DNA of 63,902 nucleotides, the filler included, from Collodictyon triciliatum (taxonomy: Eukaryota), in assembly GCA_043381765.1 (NCBI GenBank). It is 9 parts of 9 records of this genome, joined end to end, with 100 filler letters (N's around TTAATTAATTAA, not from the genome) between each part and the next. Parts side by side here need not be neighbours in the genome. Positions count along the whole stretch, not along the records: positions 59,689 to 63,902 come from JBHJMP010004008.1; 8 more parts are not named here. One strand, 5' to 3'. Below, one piece after another: positions 59,689 to 63,902 of the stretch. Position 1 is the stretch's first letter. Every line of letters starts with the position of its first letter. The notes beneath the pieces were generated by a model. The model searched no databases, was not told the origin of the DNA, and saw only the letters and a program-made list of their open reading frames with translations. The translations under genes were made by a program, and so were the position numbers.

Positions 59689-60330
59689 CTGATGAAAGCA
59701 GCCGGTAGACCATCGGGGTGGAAACGCACCCAAAAAGAAAAACTGGCGAGCTTAGAAGATAAACTTGCCGAGCAGCTAACATCAGATATCCACAAATACC
59801 GTGAAAAATGGGAAGCGAGATACTTGCGAGACTTTGAGCAGATGGAGAAATGGTTCTTTGGACTAGGAAAGGAAAAAGAAAAGACCTTGTATCCGTCCTA
59901 CGCACCAGCTGAGGACATGCATCATTTATTACCTCGCAACAACAAAAAGAACACCCACGACTTCTTCTCAAAGATGTGGTCAAGGCGAGACTATGATGCT
60001 GCTACTCTCGAGCTTATCACCACAAATTGCTCCAAGGCTTCACCCTCGCAAGCAGCCAGCATGATGGCACCAATAGATGCAGGCGAATTGTGGAAAGCGG
60101 TCAAGTCGCTGCACAACGGAAAGGCGTCAAGACCAGATAGGCTGCCCAACGGAATATACTCTGCTTTCTTTAACGAGGTCAAGGCATCCTTAGTTACTTT
60201 TCTGAATGGAATCGTGTCTGGTGGCGACCTACCGCAAGGATTTACAGAGGCCACGGTGCGGCTGATACCAAAGAAAGGAAACTCGAGCAATCATGCAGAA
60301 TGGCGACAGATTTTGCTGCTGAATAATCAT
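59689..60330 (+). mobile_element. Degenerate non-LTR retrotransposon (L1/Tx1-like) linker and start of reverse transcriptase
   Basis: ELWKAVKSLHNGKASRPDRLPNGIY (decayed KSPGPDG), ATVRLIPKKG and WRQILLLNN (decayed WRPISLLN). The ORF breaks off before the YADD region. Confidence 0.85.
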
Positions 60331-63300
60331 CATAATGAGTTCAGACTGTAAACTCATCTGGGATAAGGCTTCTGGTATACCTAAATAACATACGTCAAGG
60401 TAACATGTCTTCAAAGATACGCGAGAACTAGATTGAAGTTGCATAAATTATTGCTTTTATTGAATCGAGCCTTTTCTATCGACACATTCATATATAGTAA
60501 CTTGGTAGAATTGCCCACCCAAGTAGTATTTCATAGTTGATTGCTTTTGTGAGGTATCATCCCTCTTATGGAAAAATTGAGATAATTTCCAATTATTNNN
60601 NNNNNNNNNNNNNNNNNNNNNNNNNNNNNNNNNNNNNNNNNNNNNNNNNNNNNNNNNNNNNNNNNNNNNNNNNNNNNNNNNNNNNNNNNNNNNNNNNNNN
60701 NNNNNNNNNNNNNNNNNNNNNNNNNNNNNNNNNNNNNNNNNNTGGGGTATGCATAAAAAGGAAGAACAGAAATTCAAATGCAGATACATGCATTGAATTA
60801 CTTGAGGGAGATCGTAAAGAAACGAAACGAAACGAAACGAAATATGGCAGGTTAATATGTACGTGATAAGAGATTAAGCTATGATAACACCATCACGTCT
60901 AAGTGAACCTGAACATGATGTAATCTAGTTCTTCGTTTCCTCGTCAGCGAATCACCTTCCGAACAATATATGATCAATATAATTTTCCTGTTCCAATGTG
61001 AGAAAACTACATTTAAGATTGAAACGAATCAATCGTCAAGAACTTTATGAATACAATAATGCTCTACTGCGCCGTATGTACAAGATGGTGGTATTCTGGA
61101 ATTTGATATTGTCTTCATATTTTATTTTCCAACAAATATTCTAGATTAAGGCCCCGACTAACCCTTGTTCTATCATGTGTTGCATATCTTCTGGCGCCAT
61201 CAGCAATTTCAAAATGGGCTTTCCGAATTTGATGTCAGCCGACTGGTAGATGCCAAAATTCAAAATAAGTATGGATTGATTTTAGAAATGAAATTGAAAC
61301 GGTTTGAATATAATAGACGTAATACCATTCGATATCTCTCCGCCAAAAATCCCATCGTCGAGTGACTAGAACTATGAAATAGATGTAGTATGAGAAAGAT
61401 GACATATATTATCATATTGATTATGGGTATTTTTTTTTCTTCCTCATACTTTTTTTTAAAAAAACGTGGGATTATTAATCTTGAAGAGATAATTCAAATT
61501 CACTAAATTCATTTATTTATACCGCCGAATCATTTTTTGAAAGTGTTCCCTTGTTTCGCTGATAAAATTGACCTCCTTTTTCCACTCTTGCAGACAAAGT
61601 CTTTTAAGAATTTAAAGGGATCAAGTTTCTAGACTGCTATTTCATGACATTCTTTACATATGTATTCGAGCTATTGGGAAAAAAAAAAACAGAAACGACT
61701 ATTCTGGTTTTGCTTTTCTTATTCTTTTTGTATTTGTATTATACCTGTACTCTCTTCTTTTGGCGAAAATATAAGGGCGGAGCATCATTTCTTTAATATG
61801 CCTATCAAGGATAAAACATATGAATTCTGAGATAAATGAAGATAATAGGGTAGATATACGACGAAAGAAATTCATAGAAAAGTACACATCATACTAATGA
61901 ATAATCTAGAGGTCCTTGGCAACCAGAGGATTACAATATGAAAAGTAATTGAATAGAGTCCCTCAAAAAAAAAATTAACAAAAGATTACCTTGGTATTGG
62001 AGAAATATATTCTTCCTTCCCATATCGAGGAAATGCTGTGTTCGGATTATATAAAGGGGTAGATTTCTCTGCGAAAAAAAAAAAAGCCTTTTGAAAATGA
62101 ATTCAGGATGCTGAAGGCAGAATATACTCACGTGTGCTGACTTTGGGTGGCTTAGTAAGAGCAGCATGTTTTGCCAAATATTCTTGCTTATTCACTACAA
62201 ATCGGTGAATAGGAAGCAAGCTTTGGCTTGGTATAGAACGCGACTTCATAGGTAATTTATTTCATTAGTCGAGGACTCTGGTAAGTTTCAAGTCAACAAG
62301 ATACAAAACTCATACAAAACGTATTGAAAATTATCTTTTATAGAGATATGTAAAGGCTTTGGAAAATTTAAAGGTGATGAAATAGGTTCAGAAAATTACT
62401 ATATCAGATATATAACCATACAGATGATGTATTTCCTTTGGAGGATACTGTCTTTTCAATCAACGATTTCATCTTAATCTTGTTTTTAGGCGTTCGTAGA
62501 TAAGCAAGTCCTTGATTTTCTTGTAAAAATCCCATAATAATCTCTGAATAAAGTGGAGCATATGTACTAATAGAAGTCACCGGTACTCAATTAGAATATA
62601 CACCTTTGGAGCTGGGACAAATGGCTTCATTAATTTGATTCAAGAATGTACTCCACCGTCAGAGAACTGATTCAAATTATGAAAAATATATAGAACCTTC
62701 TATTTTGACCCACTGCAAGGAAAGGAGCATGAATTGTGCGTGATATTCGGACCGAAATCTTCTCCAAACCCTTTGTATTTGAACCACTAAAGATAAATAA
62801 TATAGTCTCAATGTTTATCAAAAGATATATCCGCAAGTTAAATCAATATTTTTTTATAAATGCCCTTGATATTATATATAATTATCTTGTTGGTTTTATA
62901 ACACACCTCTATTAAGAAATTTCTTAACCGCAAGCAAGGCCTGCGACTGACCTCGAGTTCCTCTCAAAAAAGTAACAACTATTTTTGCCGATTCGATTTT
63001 CCGTCTAACTTTCCATCTCTTAACAAACTTCCTTACCAATCTAGTAAATAAAATAACAATTATGAAATAACATGGGCTTGTGTTTCACAATATTGAACAT
63101 GATATATGGATTCTTTCGGTGTAGGAAGTACTAATCCGAATTTCAAGACAGCCACTGATACGCACCATATATAAACTTACTCGTAAATAACGTGAATAGC
63201 TCGCATCTCTCTACACGCTTGTTTTCGTGCTATAAATCGTCTAATCGATCTTTGCACCTTAATTACTTTTGAAACACGATCTCGAAGCGCCAACCTTTTT

Positions 63301-63902
63301 CTTACAGATTCCTATTATGGGAGTAAGGGTCTCTCAAATACTCACAAAAAAAAGTCATGCTTTGGCACATATTTTCTAGTGTTTAAGCAACTATTGGATT
63401 GAGATGTTTCAACATAAGAAACGAACCTCTAGGGTATCAGTCATTTTCTGGTAATTGTATTAAACCGGTGTATATTTACAGGAAATATATGAATTGAAAC
63501 ATAAAATATATATATTAGACATATTACTAGCTATTCTTTACATAAGTCACATATGTATGATGAAAAAAAATTCAAGATTTTGGAGATTATATGACTTAGT
63601 TTTTGAAAACGTAAACTTAAAACCCAACTGTTTGTCTGATCAGTACTGAAACAACAATCAGCCAGTATCTCTGGGTATGAACTACCCTCCATGAGTCAGC
63701 TAGAATTTCCTTTTCGTTCTGAATCTTTATTTAAAAAAAAAAAAGAAAAGAAAAGAAATCAAGATAATGATAGCATTTAAAACATTACTCTCCGAAAAAC
63801 ATAAATGTAAGTATATGAAGTAAAAAAAAAAAAAAAAAACCCAAAAGAAAAAAAGAAAAATATAAATAAAATTAATTTATCTTTCTTTTTTTTTTTTTTT
63901 TT

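Noticed and set aside
60750-63902. Possible decayed multi-exon gene around 61100-62760
   Set aside because: Exon-like patches with GT/AG edges exist, but no consistent reading frame or recognisable product emerges.

Overview
AT-rich, intron-containing eukaryotic (probably protist) DNA read in the standard code. The window is not one locus. It is nine unrelated contigs, eight of them about 7.36 kb and the last cut by the window end, joined by artificial N-TTAATTAATTAA-N linkers, so adjacency across a linker carries no information. Housekeeping-type genes are an OSCA/TMEM63 channel, a microcephalin-like BRCT protein, a CCA-adding enzyme, a stand-alone MIF4G protein, a GATA-like zinc finger, a SAAL1-like protein, tRNA-Pro(UGG) and tRNA-Phe(GAA). 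There are also three LINE fragments. The notable content is a dense set of repeat-receptor genes. (i) A spliced LRR-polycystin/TRPP channel-SPRY-SPRY fusion. (ii) An NLR-like gene with STAND-tail, TPR, pentapeptide, 17 WD40 and Sel1-like modules; each TPR is its own ~126-nt exon and the WD40 array is near-identical apart from hypervariable surface codons. (iii) A family of surface LRR/Cys-rich/multi-TM receptors in which single 69-nt LRR exons and their introns have been tandemly amplified. Together these suggest an immune-like, repeat-shuffling recognition system. All gene models were spliced by eye and all family calls come from motif recognition; no searches were run.
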